NCBI GenBank assembly: GCA_032654565.1
Contig: JAULAX010000017.1
Location: 384,001-448,000 of the forward strand
Origin: Anaeromyxobacteraceae bacterium
GTDB taxonomy: Bacteria; Myxococcota; Myxococcia; Myxococcales; Anaeromyxobacteraceae
DNA length: 64,000 nt
Direction of reading: 5' to 3'
Part shown: positions 21,493 to 33,850 of the stretch, piece after piece
How the letters are laid out: every line of letters begins with the position of its first letter
Position numbering within the stretch: position 1 is the first letter of the stretch
The notes under the pieces: generated by a model
Seen by the model: the letters and a program-made list of their open reading frames with translations, nothing else
What the model was told of the DNA's origin: nothing
Databases searched by the model: none
Made by a program: the position numbers and the translations under genes

Positions 21493-21544
21493 ATCCCCCC
21501 CGGTACGCACGCAGCACTCACGCGATCTCGGGAGGAGCACCACG

Positions 21545-22321
21545 ATGAAGCAGGCTCTCAAGGCGGCCGTTGCCGCAGCGGTCCTGGCGACCGCCACCGT
21601 CGCCTCGGCGACCCCGTCCACCGTCTACTGGACCCCGGCCACCACCTACACCCAGCCGTTCCTGGTGCCGCACCTGACCTACGACACCTACTTCGCCGAG
21701 GGGGGCCAGCTGCAGCCCACCTACGGCCTCACCATCGGCTTCCTGCCGTTTGACGCCGTCCAGGGCGAGGTGGGCTTCGACCTGCTGGTCCCGGGCCTGC
21801 ACAAGGACAACTTCTACCTGAACGGCAAGTTGACGCTGGTGGAGGGGGCCCTGGCCCCGTGGCAGCCGGGCGTCTCGCTCGGCATCCAGAGCGTCGGGTT
21901 CAAGAAGGACTACAGCGACTACAACCACCTGCACCTGTCCGTCGGCAAGACCTTTGGCTTCGGCACCGTGGCGGTGGGTGGCTACCGCGGCGGCAACAAG
22001 GTCCTCTACACCAGCAGCGCCGGCAAGGTGGAGCAGTCGGGCTTCATGGCCTCCTACACCAGCCCGGACATCAAGGTCGGCCTGCCCGGCCTCGACAAGG
22101 TCGTCCTGGCCGCCGACTACTCCAGCGGCAAGAACTTCTTCGGCGCCTACGGCGTCGGCGTCGGCTTCTACTTCACGCCGGCCATCGCCGTCCTCACCGG
22201 CCCGGTCATGTTCAACGACAAGGACCTGATGAAGGGGGCCTACGGCTCCAGCTTCATGTGGACCGTCCAGCTCGACGTCGACTTCGATCTGCGGACGCCG
22301 CCGCCGGCGCCCGCCAAGTAG
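21545..22321 (+). CDS. Exported protein, probable outer-membrane beta-barrel
   Basis: GGAGGAG RBS, Sec signal ending ASA, aromatic/Gly-rich alternating strands, near-terminal WTVQLDVDF. Confidence 0.7.
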   Translation: MKQALKAAVAAAVLATATVASATPSTVYWTPATTYTQPFLVPHLTYDTYFAEGGQLQPTYGLTIGFLPFDAVQGEVGFDLLVPGLHKDNFYLNGKLTLVEGALAPWQPGVSLGIQSVGFKKDYSDYNHLHLSVGKTFGFGTVAVGGYRGGNKVLYTSSAGKVEQSGFMASYTSPDIKVGLPGLDKVVLAADYSSGKNFFGAYGVGVGFYFTPAIAVLTGPVMFNDKDLMKGAYGSSFMWTVQLDVDFDLRTPPPAPAK

Positions 22322-22344
22322 ACCAGCACAGCGCGGGGGCGCTT

Positions 22345-22386
22345 CGCGGGACGTCCGGGCGTTGGGCCCGGCGTCCCGCGATTTTT
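22345..22386 (+). terminator. Intrinsic terminator
   Basis: CGCGGGACG(T)CCGGGC-GTTGG-GCCCGGCGTCCCGCG followed by ATTTTT. Confidence 0.7.
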
Positions 22387-22414
22387 CATGGGGGCGGCCC
22401 GGGCCGCGGCGTCC

Positions 22415-22924
22415 TCAGGTCGCCAGCAGGCTGAGCACGGCGTCGATGACGAAGAACTCGAGCCGGTCCAGGTCGGCGCCCTTCAGGTCGACGAAGCGTC
22501 CCGCCACCCGGACCGAGCCGGCCAGCGGCTTGACGTCGGTGATGCTGGCGCGGCAGGCCAGGGGCTCTCCCCCCGGGACGCGGAGGGAGACTCCCACCAG
22601 CTCGCCCAGCATGGGCGGATGCGCCAGCATGGCGGAGAAGCCGCCGCTGGAGAGATCGAGCGTCACCGTCCGCTCGGTGGTCGCCCCCACCTTGAGCTCG
22701 ACCTGGATGGCCCGCGCCACCCGGAGGGCCCGCCGCGGCGTCTCCCCGGGCTTGAGGGTGAGCTTCTGGGCCGCCAGCATGGCGCGGGCCAGCTCCTCGC
22801 GCATCGCCTGGTAGCGGCTCTCCTCGCCGGGCCCCAGCGTCGCCTTGCGGGCCCGCTGGTGCAGCTCGCGGAAGGAGCGCACCCAGTCGGAGAAGCCGCC
22901 GACCCCCTCCCCGCCCACGGCCAT
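22415..22924 (-). CDS. PilZ-domain protein (myxobacterial type)
   Basis: RRALR (RxxxR) and TLDLSSGG (DxSxxG) motifs. Confidence 0.85.
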   Translation of the reverse strand: MAVGGEGVGGFSDWVRSFRELHQRARKATLGPGEESRYQAMREELARAMLAAQKLTLKPGETPRRALRVARAIQVELKVGATTERTVTLDLSSGGFSAMLAHPPMLGELVGVSLRVPGGEPLACRASITDVKPLAGSVRVAGRFVDLKGADLDRLEFFVIDAVLSLLAT

Positions 22925-22946
22925 CAGCGCCCCGACCCGTTCACGG

Positions 22947-23219
22947 CTAGAGCGCCTTCTTCAGCTCGGGAGAGGGCTTGAAGTTGACGGTGCGGGTCGG
23001 CGCGATCTGGATCTCCGCGCCGGTGCGCGGGTTGCGCCCCACCCGCCCGGCCCGCTTCTTGACCGCGAAGGTGCCGAACCCGGGCATGACGAACCGCTTG
23101 TCCTTGCGGATCCCCTTGGCCAGCTGCTCGAAGACCGCGTCCACCAGCAGGGCGACGTGGCGCTTGGAGAGATCCGGATGGGCGCCCTGCACCTTCTCGA
23201 TGAGGCCGGCCTTGGTCAT
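22947..23219 (-). CDS. HU/IHF-family DNA-binding protein
   Basis: MTKAGLIE...GFGTF...GRNPRTG..I.I......FKPS. Confidence 0.95.
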   Translation of the reverse strand: MTKAGLIEKVQGAHPDLSKRHVALLVDAVFEQLAKGIRKDKRFVMPGFGTFAVKKRAGRVGRNPRTGAEIQIAPTRTVNFKPSPELKKAL

Positions 23220-23312
23220 GTCGTCGACTTCCTTGCTGTGGGGGCCAGACGCTAGCGATCCGCCCCGGAGCCGTCAAGCCACGATGCGGCACCGGTCTTT
23301 CAACTCTGTGTC

Positions 23313-24134
23313 CTAGGTGGCGATTCCCAGCAGCGCCCGGGCCTCGGCCGGGGTGGCCGGCCGCCGCCCGGCCCGCTCCGCCAGCCCCAGGGCTGCCGCC
23401 ACCAGCTGCTCGTTGCCCGAGGCCAGCACCCCCTTGGCGATGAAGAGGTTGTCCTCCAGGCCGACCCGGACGTGCCCCCCGAGCCGGAGCGCCACCTCGG
23501 CCAGCGGCAGCTCGAAGCGGCCGATGCCGGCCACCGACCAGTGGACCGCCTCCGGCAGCCCCTCCACCAGGAAGCGCAGGTTCCGCTCGCTCCCGGTCAT
23601 GCCGCCGGGGACGCCGAGCACGAACTGCACGTGGTAGGGCTGGGCCAGGTGCCCCTCCTTGAGGAGCCAGGCCAGGGTGTCGAGCATGCCGGCGTCGTAG
23701 ACCTCGCACTCCGGCACCAGCCGGCGCTCCCGCAGCCGGAGGGCCACGGTGACGATGTCCGGGCGGGTGTTGGTGAAGACCTGGTCGCCGAAGTTCATGG
23801 TCCCCATGTTGAGCGTGCCCATCTCGGCGCCCGGCACCAGCGAGCCGAGCCGCTCCTCGATCGACATCCCCACCGCGCCGCCGGTGGAGCACTGGATGAT
23901 CACGTCGCTCCCGGCGCTGCGGATGCGGTCGACGATCTCCCTGAAGTGGCCGGGGTCCTGCGAGGCCCGGCCGTCCGGCCAGCGGGCGTGCAGGTGGACC
24001 ACCGCCGCCCCGGCCCGCGCCGCCGCCACCGAGGCGGCGGCGATCTCCGCCGGCGAGTACGGGACGGCCGGGTTCTGCTCGCGCCGCACCTCGGCCCCCA
24101 CCACCGCCGCGGCGATGATCACCGGCTCACCCAT
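23313..24134 (-). CDS. kce: 3-keto-5-aminohexanoate cleavage enzyme
   Basis: [29 protein letters not shown] and HVRVGLEDN motifs; kam operon context. Confidence 0.9.
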   Translation of the reverse strand: MGEPVIIAAAVVGAEVRREQNPAVPYSPAEIAAASVAAARAGAAVVHLHARWPDGRASQDPGHFREIVDRIRSAGSDVIIQCSTGGAVGMSIEERLGSLVPGAEMGTLNMGTMNFGDQVFTNTRPDIVTVALRLRERRLVPECEVYDAGMLDTLAWLLKEGHLAQPYHVQFVLGVPGGMTGSERNLRFLVEGLPEAVHWSVAGIGRFELPLAEVALRLGGHVRVGLEDNLFIAKGVLASGNEQLVAAALGLAERAGRRPATPAEARALLGIAT

Positions 24135-24534
24135 GGTCGACCCCTCCCGGCGTGCCCGGCCGCTGCTTCTCCCTCGGCACCACGCAGGTGCCGCTGGCCC
24201 GGCAGACCAGCACCGGGGCCGCCAGCACCTCGGCGGCGCTGTCGTTGAGGTCGGGGCGCGGCGAGATCACCTTCCAGGCCTCGAACCGCATGGCCCGCGA
24301 GGTGGCGCCGGCCCGGACGATCTCCCCCGAGGCCTCCAGGTAGTCGCCGGCGTGGACCGGGGCCAGGAACTCCACGGCGTCGTAGGCCCGGAACAGCCCC
24401 TCGTCGCCGTCGTGGCGGATGAGCAGCTCGGTGGCCACGTCGCCGAAGAGGGCCAGCAGCCTGGCCCCGTCCACCAGGGCGCCGCCGTAGTGGGCGTCGG
24501 CCTGGGACATCCGCAACCGGATCGTCACCTTCAT
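24127..24534 (-). CDS. kal: 3-aminobutyryl-CoA ammonia-lyase (hotdog fold)
   Basis: [20 protein letters not shown]...[21 protein letters not shown]. Confidence 0.9.
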   Translation of the reverse strand: MKVTIRLRMSQADAHYGGALVDGARLLALFGDVATELLIRHDGDEGLFRAYDAVEFLAPVHAGDYLEASGEIVRAGATSRAMRFEAWKVISPRPDLNDSAAEVLAAPVLVCRASGTCVVPREKQRPGTPGGVDHG

Positions 24535-25301
24535 CCGTGCAGCTCCTTTCCCATCCGCCGCAGCACCTCGCCCACCAGGTAGTTGGCCACGTCGGACGGC
24601 TTGGTGCCGGGCCCGAAGCCGGCGTCGTAGCCGAGCTCCAGCGCCAGCTTGTGGTCGATGCGCGGGCCGCCCAGCAGCAGGATCACCTGCTGGCGCCGCC
24701 CCAGCCGCGTCAGCTCGTCGACCAGGCGGCGGGCGTTGTCGCGGTGGACGTCGCGCTGGGTGACCACCTGCGAGACCAGCACGGCGTCGGCGTTTCGCTC
24801 CACCGCCTCCCGGGCCAGGGTGAGGTTCTCCACCTGGGCGCCCAGGTTGACGGCCTCGAAGCAGGGGTAGCGCTCCAGGCCGTAGTCCCCGGCGAACCCC
24901 TTCATGTTCATGATGGCGTCGATGCCGACGGCGTGGGCGTCGGAGCCGGTGCAGGCCCCCAGCACCACCACCCGGCGGCCGACCTCGCGCAGGGCGAACT
25001 CGTTGAGCTCGTCGAACCCCTTCTTGCGGGTCACCACCTCGGCCACCTGCAGGGTGGAGAGGTCGACGGCCACGTCGGTCCGGCCGTAGACCACGAAGAA
25101 GGTGTAGCGCTCGGCGGCCGCCTCCATCGAGGCCACCAGCACCTGGGTCAGCCCCAGCTTCCGGGCCACCTCGGCGGCCGCCTCGCGGGCCCGCTCCCCG
25201 GGCGGCATGGGCAGCACGAAGGAGAGCTGCAGCACGCCGTCGTCCTGCCGGTCGCCGTAGGGGCGGACCAGCGTCCCGGGGATGGGCGGGGTGGCGGTCA
25301 C
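24531..25301 (-). CDS. kamE: Lysine 5,6-aminomutase beta subunit (B12-binding)
   Basis: [33 protein letters not shown] (DxHxxG plus PLP Lys) and YDAGFGPG motifs. Confidence 0.93.
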   Translation of the reverse strand: MTATPPIPGTLVRPYGDRQDDGVLQLSFVLPMPPGERAREAAAEVARKLGLTQVLVASMEAAAERYTFFVVYGRTDVAVDLSTLQVAEVVTRKKGFDELNEFALREVGRRVVVLGACTGSDAHAVGIDAIMNMKGFAGDYGLERYPCFEAVNLGAQVENLTLAREAVERNADAVLVSQVVTQRDVHRDNARRLVDELTRLGRRQQVILLLGGPRIDHKLALELGYDAGFGPGTKPSDVANYLVGEVLRRMGKELHG

Positions 25302-25825
25302 GTGCCGCCTCCCAGGCGCGCCGACTGCACCACGGCCCGCAGGTCCTCGAGGTGGCGCTGGCTCACCGGCGAGCGGCCGGTGAAGGTGAGCCAGTGCTGC
25401 ACCGCGCCCTGGCAGGTCACCCAGGCCCAGCCGTGGGTGCTCCCCTGGTCGGCCTCCTGGGCGATGGCCTTCTGGCCCCCCAGCGTGCTGGGGTGGCGCT
25501 GCACCCGCTCCAGCCCGGCGTCGCGGGCCTTGAGGGCCGCCTCCCCTTCGGCGAGGCAGGCGGCGGCGTCGGCGCCGTGGCTCCCCGAGTCCCAGGCCTC
25601 GAGCCGGGCCATCCCCTCGGGCGGCACCAGGGCCACACGGCGGGCGTCGCCGCCGGCGTCCCAGCTGGCCGGCGCCTCGAAGGCGAGGGCGCCGACCTGG
25701 TAGACCAGCCAGCCGGCCCGGCCGGCCGGCCGGGTCACCGGCGTGCCGCGCAGCCCGCTCGGGCCGGCGCAGGAGGCCAGCAGCAGCGCGGCCAGCAGGC
25801 CGAGGTGGCGCGCCGTCCTGGTCAC
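25298..25825 (-). CDS. Hypothetical lipoprotein between kamD and kamE
   Basis: GTG start overlaps the kamD stop and its stop overlaps the kamE start. Lipobox LLASC. Confidence 0.75.
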   Translation of the reverse strand: MTRTARHLGLLAALLLASCAGPSGLRGTPVTRPAGRAGWLVYQVGALAFEAPASWDAGGDARRVALVPPEGMARLEAWDSGSHGADAAACLAEGEAALKARDAGLERVQRHPSTLGGQKAIAQEADQGSTHGWAWVTCQGAVQHWLTFTGRSPVSQRHLEDLRAVVQSARLGGGT

Positions 25826-27393
25826 GCGCCCTCCAGCTCGTCGAGGAGCGGGTTGAAGTAGCCGGGGGCGCGGGCCACCACCCCGTCCAGCCCCTTGCCG
25901 CCGGTCTCGCGCCGCGCCACGTCGCCGAAGCGGGCCTTGCCGATGGCGGCGTAGAGGCCGTCCGCCGCCACCTCCTCGAGCAGCTGGCGGGCGGCGTGGA
26001 GCGTGGCCGCGGCCCGGGTCTCCACCATGCCACCCGGCTTGAGGCGGAGCTCGTCCCCCATCGACCGCCAGGCCCGGTAGACGTAGTCGGCCCCCTTGAG
26101 CGCCTGGTAGCGGTCGGCCAGCGAGGGGTTGTGCATGGCCTCGGTCATCATCCCCAGCAGCTGGATCCCCTGCCCGGTCACCCAGCCCACCACGTCGGCC
26201 ATCAGGTCGTAGCCGTGGCTGAAGAAGATGTCGCCCTGCTTGTGCTTGGTGGGGGGCATGTACTTGAGGGGGGCGTCGGGGAAGAGGGTCCGCACCAGCA
26301 GCGCCTGGGCCAGCTCGCGGGCGAAGGTGTCGTCCCGGGCCGGGTCGATCTCGAAGCTGTGGCCGAGGCCGAGGAGGCGGTCGGGGAGCCCGGCCCGGTG
26401 GGCGAAGGACTCGTTGATGAACTGGGAGGCGACCACGGTGTGGGCCCCCTCGTCGGCGTCGGCGGTGGTGATGTAGTTGTCCTCGCCGGTGTTGATGGTG
26501 ATGTCGGCGAGCGCGCAGATGCGCCGCGAGAAGTGCTGGTCGCAGAGGGTCCGCTTCATGTTGATGTCGCGGAAGAGGATGCCGTACATGGCGTCGTTGA
26601 GCAGCATGTCGAGCCGCTCCCACGCCGCCGCGAAGGCGATCTCCGGCATGCAGAGGCCGGAGGAGTAGTTGGTGAGGTGCAGGTAGCGCTTGAGCCGCCG
26701 CGACTCGTCGTCGAGCGCCTCGCGCATGATGCGGAAGTTCTCCTGGGTGGCGTAGGTGCCGCCGAACCCCTCGGTGGTGGCGCCGTGGGGGACGTAGTCG
26801 AGCAGCGACTGGGCGGTGGAGCGGATCACCGCGATGATGTCGGCGCCCCCCTGGGCCGCCGCCCGCGCCTGCTCCACGTCGTCCCAGATGTTGCCGGTGG
26901 CCACGATCAGGTACTTGTGCGGCCGCGGCCCGGTCCCCAGCTCGGCCTTGAGGGCGTTGCGCGCCGCCACCCGCCCGCGCAGCTCGGCCACCGCGCCCCG
27001 CGACTCGCGGGTCAGCTCCTCGCGCAGGGCCCGCTCCTCCTCGGCCGGCAGCGGCGCCGGCCGCTCCGGCAGGGTGGCGATGGCCTCGACGATGGCGGCC
27101 GGGTGGCGCGCCCCCTGGCGCATCACGTAGCCGAGCCAGTAGGCGGCCCCCTGCCCCAGCAGGCCGCGCCGGTGCAGCTCGTCCACCGCCAGGTTCACCT
27201 GGGGGACGCCGCGCGGCCCGGCCCCGTGCAGCCCGAAGAGGCGCAGCACCGTCCGCTCGATGGCCACCGTGGTGTGGCCGGCGACGAAGCCGAGCACCGG
27301 CGCCGTCACCCGGTCGGCCAGCTCCCGGCAGCGCGCCACCTCGTCCCGGTCGAGGTGGAGGTCCGGGACGTGGCGGCCGTCGGCGAGTTGCAT
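25822..27393 (-). CDS. kamD: Lysine 5,6-aminomutase alpha subunit
   Basis: IVATGNI..D..QA, AVIRSTAQSLLDYVP.GATTEGFGGT.ATQENF, NYSSGLCMPE and KYMPPTK motifs. Confidence 0.95.
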   Translation of the reverse strand: MQLADGRHVPDLHLDRDEVARCRELADRVTAPVLGFVAGHTTVAIERTVLRLFGLHGAGPRGVPQVNLAVDELHRRGLLGQGAAYWLGYVMRQGARHPAAIVEAIATLPERPAPLPAEEERALREELTRESRGAVAELRGRVAARNALKAELGTGPRPHKYLIVATGNIWDDVEQARAAAQGGADIIAVIRSTAQSLLDYVPHGATTEGFGGTYATQENFRIMREALDDESRRLKRYLHLTNYSSGLCMPEIAFAAAWERLDMLLNDAMYGILFRDINMKRTLCDQHFSRRICALADITINTGEDNYITTADADEGAHTVVASQFINESFAHRAGLPDRLLGLGHSFEIDPARDDTFARELAQALLVRTLFPDAPLKYMPPTKHKQGDIFFSHGYDLMADVVGWVTGQGIQLLGMMTEAMHNPSLADRYQALKGADYVYRAWRSMGDELRLKPGGMVETRAAATLHAARQLLEEVAADGLYAAIGKARFGDVARRETGGKGLDGVVARAPGYFNPLLDELEGA

Positions 27394-27490
27394 GCGGCGA
27401 GGTGTAGGCCGGTGGCGCGCGGCCGGCAAGCGATAAACCTTCGACGCGCCGGTCCGGGCGGCGCCGCGGAACGGCGCCAGGTGGCGCCAG

Positions 27491-28804
27491 TCAGGGGGGA
27501 CGCGCCGCCCACCAGCCCCGGGCGGCGCCGGCCAGCCCCTCGGCGCTGTTGAGCCCGGGCTCGTCGAGGGCCAGGTCGAGCAGGTGGCGCAGCCCCTCGC
27601 CGACGTGCGGCCCGGGCGGACAGCCGAGCAGCGCCATCAGCCCCCGGCCGTCGAGGGCCAGCGCCCCGGTCTCCAGCGGAGCCCCCGACGCCAGCGCCGC
27701 CCGGCCCCGCGCCGCCAGCCGCCGCGCCGCCGCCGCCGCGGTGGCCCGCCGCCCCTTCGGCAGCGCCGCCACCTCGGCGCCGCGCAGCGCCAGCAGCGGC
27801 TCGAGCCGCTTCGGCCCCACCCCGGCCAGCCAGCGCCTCACCGCCGGCGGCGAGACCGGGTCCTCCGGCCGGCCGTCGCCGAGGCAGGCGTGGCGCGCCG
27901 CCAGCGCCGCCACCTCGGCCGCCACCCGCCCCGGGAAGCGGAGCGCCGCCAGCAGCCCCTCGATCTCGGAGACCGGGGCGGCGTGGAAGATGGCGGTGAG
28001 CCGCAGGGTGAGGTCGGGCGGCTCGCCCCCCAGGGCCCCGGCCACCGCGCCCAGGTGGCGACGCCGGGCCGGCCCCAGCGCGGCCAGCGGCGGGGCCAGC
28101 ACCTCCAGCAGGCCGGTGGCGGAGAGCAGCTCCAGGGCCCGGGCCACGTGGGGCGAGCAGGCCAGCCGGCCCAGCTCCTCGGCCATCCGCTCCCGCGACA
28201 CCAGCCGGACCACCGGCAGGGCGCCGGGGATGGCGGCGCGGGTGGGGGCGTCGAGCCGGAAGCCGAGCTGCCCGGCGAAGCGGACCGCCCGCAGCGGCCG
28301 CAGCCCGTCCTCGGCGAAGCGGGCCCGCGGGTCGCCCACCGCCCGGATGACGCCGGCGGCCAGGTCCCTCTGGCCGCCGAAGGGGTCGGCCAGCTCCAGC
28401 GCCAGCGGATCGAAGGCCATGGCGTTGATGGTGAAGTCGCGCCGGGCCAGGTCCTCGTCCAGGTCGGTGTGGAAGGTGACCGACTCCGGGCGCCGGCCGT
28501 CGGTGTAGGCCCCCTCGCCGCGGAAGGTGGTCACCTCCACCTTGAGCTTGTCGGGCGTGAGGATGGTGACGGTGCCGTGATCGATGCCGGTGGGGATGAC
28601 CCGGGGGAAGAGCGCCGTCACCTGCTGCGGCGTGGCCGGCGTGGCCAGGTCGAAGTCGAGCGGGGAGCGGGGGCGGCGCAGCAGCAGGTCGCGGACCGCG
28701 CCCCCCACCACCCAGGAGCGGTGCCCCTCGGCGGCCAGCCGGGTGAGGACGCCACGCACCGAGGGGGGAAAGACGGCGCGGCGCAGCGACGGGGGGAGCG
28801 GCAT
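27491..28804 (-). CDS. cca: Class II tRNA nucleotidyltransferase (CCA-adding)
   Basis: VGGAVRD, DFD, EVTTFR with a flexible loop, RRDFTINA and EDGLR motifs. The poly(A)-polymerase GRRF signature is absent. Confidence 0.85.
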   Translation of the reverse strand: MPLPPSLRRAVFPPSVRGVLTRLAAEGHRSWVVGGAVRDLLLRRPRSPLDFDLATPATPQQVTALFPRVIPTGIDHGTVTILTPDKLKVEVTTFRGEGAYTDGRRPESVTFHTDLDEDLARRDFTINAMAFDPLALELADPFGGQRDLAAGVIRAVGDPRARFAEDGLRPLRAVRFAGQLGFRLDAPTRAAIPGALPVVRLVSRERMAEELGRLACSPHVARALELLSATGLLEVLAPPLAALGPARRRHLGAVAGALGGEPPDLTLRLTAIFHAAPVSEIEGLLAALRFPGRVAAEVAALAARHACLGDGRPEDPVSPPAVRRWLAGVGPKRLEPLLALRGAEVAALPKGRRATAAAAARRLAARGRAALASGAPLETGALALDGRGLMALLGCPPGPHVGEGLRHLLDLALDEPGLNSAEGLAGAARGWWAARPP

Positions 28805-28933
28805 CCGGGCAGCCTACCGCGTCGCCCGCCCTGGCCGACAGCCGACCGGGCGGGCCACGGCCGCCTCTCGGGGTCGGTTCAACACGCACCCTCGGTTTCT
28901 CCCGCCTCCGGCCCAATCGGGTACCATGTCCCC

Positions 28934-29502
28934 ATGTCCGTGGACACCCTGGTCGCCTCCCTGATCGCCGCGCGCGACTACAGGCACGCCGCGGACGCGG
29001 TGATGCGGGAGTACGGCCCGGGCATCCGCGGCCTGCTGCTGACCATCTTCCGCCGCAACCCCGACGCCGGCGAGGAGGCCTTCTCGCTCTTCGCCGAGAG
29101 CCTGTGGCGCTCCATCGCCGGCTTCCGGGGCGAGTCCTCGGTCCGGACCTGGGTGTACATCCTGGCCCGCAACGCCGCGGTCTCGGTGACCCGCGAGGGC
29201 TGGCACAAGCTGGGGCGCCGGCTCAACACCGGCGAGGCCGAGCGGCTGGCCGAGGAGGTGCGGACCCGCTCCGGGGTCCGGCTGGAGCGGCAGTCGACGG
29301 CGCTGACGGCGCTGCGCGACGCCCTCGACCTGGACGAGCAGACGTTGCTGACGCTGCGGCTCGACGAGCGGCTGCCGTGGGACGAGATCGCCCAGATCAT
29401 GTCCTCGAGCGGCGAGCCCATCGACTCGGCGGCGGTCCGGCAGCGCTTCGCCCGGCTCAAGACCAAGCTGGGCGAGCTGGCCCGCGGCCAGGGGCTGATC
29501 CA

Positions 29503-29506
<4 letters not shown>
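28934..29506 (+). CDS. ECF sigma factor, kinase-associated myxobacterial type
   Basis: Region 2 (FRGESSVRTWVYILARN) and region 4 (LLTLRLDERLPWDEIA...VRQRFARLK). Its stop overlaps the kinase start (GTGA). Confidence 0.85.
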
Positions 29507-32421
<2,915 letters not shown>

Positions 32422-32462
32422 CCGCTGGTACTTCCTGAGGTCAGCGCCTCTTTTCTGGCGCT

Positions 32463-32497
32463 CCGTCACATCTGGGGCCCTCATTCGTCCACCTCGG
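32463..32497 (+). promoter_or_regulatory. ECF-promoter-like 35-bp motif, copy 1
   Basis: CCGTCACATCTGGGGCCCTCATTCGTCCACCTCGG; 30/35 identical to 34215-34249; GTCACA-N15-CGTC. Confidence 0.6.
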
Positions 32498-32562
32498 TGC
32501 CGAGGATCCCCTGCATCGGCGCCAACCAGATCCCCCACGACCCACCGCAAAGGAGCACCACC

Positions 32563-32757
32563 ATGGCCACCCGAGACACCTACCGCCTCGCCGACCTCTT
32601 CACCTATGGCTCCCTCTCCGCCCCCGCCAGCATCTACCCGGCCACGCTGGAGGCCCCGCAGCAGACCACCCCCGGCAGCAACGCCCAGGACCTGCTCGGC
32701 GGGCTGCTCCCCTGGGGCTGCGAGCCGCAGGAGCAGTCGCCCCAGGACCCGGCCTGA
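32563..32757 (+). CDS. 64-aa peptide, putative RiPP precursor
   Basis: AAGGAG RBS, nearly all codons end in G/C, Ser/Thr and Asp/Glu/Gln rich, directly upstream of the ATP-grasp ligase. Confidence 0.7.
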   Translation: MATRDTYRLADLFTYGSLSAPASIYPATLEAPQQTTPGSNAQDLLGGLLPWGCEPQEQSPQDPA

Positions 32758-32839
32758 TGGTGAACTCCGAACCACGCTGGAGCGCGCCGAGCCCGGCGCC
32801 GCCGCCGCATCGACCCGCACCGTCCGGGGAGGACCGGCC

Positions 32840-33850
32840 ATGATCCTGGTGGTCAGCGATCCCGACGACGCCCACGCCGCCCCGGTCATGCAGGCGGTGG
32901 CGCGGATGGGCCGGCGCTGCGTCATGCTCGACCTCGCCGCCGTGCCGCGAGAGGTCCGGGTCAGCTTCTCGGCCGGCCGGCCGGCCACCGGCGTCGGCTT
33001 CACCGGCCTCGACGGCGGCCGGGTCGAGGCGGAGCAGATCGGCGCGGTCTGGTGGCGGCGCCCCCGCCCCTACGTGGTGGACGAGGCGCTGACCCCGGCC
33101 TTCGCCGCCTACGCCACCGCCCAGGTGCACGCCGCCATGTCCGGCGCCTGGGGCACGCTGCGGTCCGGCTGGATGAACGACCCGTGGCGGGACGAGCGGG
33201 CCGGCCACAAGCCGGTGCAGCTGGCCGCAGCCGAGGAGGCGGGGCTGCTGGTCCCGCCCACGCTGATCAGCTGCGAGCCGGCCGACGCCCGGGCCTTCCT
33301 CGCCGAGCTGGGGAAGCGACCGGTGATCCAGAAGCCGCTCCGGCCCACCGAGGCCAGCTGGCGCCCCACCCGGCTGGTGACCCCAAGCGACCGGGACCGG
33401 CTCGACGACCTGCGGCTGGCCCCGGCCATCCTCCAGGAGTACATCCCCGGCACCGACGTCCGGGTCACCGCCGCCGGCGGCCGGCTCTTCGCCACCGCCA
33501 TCGACGCCAGCCAGACCAGCTCCCCGCAGGACTTCCGCCCCGCCTACGCCGAGGCGCGGGTGGAGCCGTGCTCGCTGCCGCCCGACGTCGCCGCCGGTGT
33601 GGCCGCGCTGCTCAAGGGGCTGGGGCTCCGCTACGCCGCCCTCGACTTCCGCAGGACCGACGACGGCCGCCACTTCTTCCTGGAGGCCAACCCGGCCGGC
33701 CAGTGGCTCTTCCTCGAGGACCGGACCGGCCAGCCCATCACCCAGGCGGTGGCCGAGGCGCTGGTCGAGGCGGCCTGCGAGGCCCGGGGCGGCGCGTCGG
33801 TCCGGCGCCCCAACTTCAAGACGGTGAACGACGTTCGGAGGCACGCATGA
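32840..33850 (+). CDS. MvdC/MvdD-like ATP-grasp ligase (putative peptide maturase)
   Basis: AVWWRRP, WMNDP, HKPVQL..A...GL.VP.TLI, QKP, LQEYIPG.DVRV, DFR and FLEANPAGQWLFLE motifs. GGAGG RBS. Confidence 0.88.
   Translation: MILVVSDPDDAHAAPVMQAVARMGRRCVMLDLAAVPREVRVSFSAGRPATGVGFTGLDGGRVEAEQIGAVWWRRPRPYVVDEALTPAFAAYATAQVHAAMSGAWGTLRSGWMNDPWRDERAGHKPVQLAAAEEAGLLVPPTLISCEPADARAFLAELGKRPVIQKPLRPTEASWRPTRLVTPSDRDRLDDLRLAPAILQEYIPGTDVRVTAAGGRLFATAIDASQTSSPQDFRPAYAEARVEPCSLPPDVAAGVAALLKGLGLRYAALDFRRTDDGRHFFLEANPAGQWLFLEDRTGQPITQAVAEALVEAACEARGGASVRRPNFKTVNDVRRHA

Noticed and set aside
27491..28804. Poly(A) polymerase or split CC-adding enzyme
   Set aside because: The PAP signature is absent and the flexible loop is present, so an ordinary CCA-adding enzyme is the simplest reading.
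32497..32839. Longer starts for the peptide (GTG 32497) or the ligase (32606), or a peptide-ligase frameshift fusion
   Set aside because: Clear RBSs precede ATG 32563 and ATG 32840, and the 64-aa frame has clean codon bias up to its stop. A leaderless 86-aa form cannot be fully excluded.
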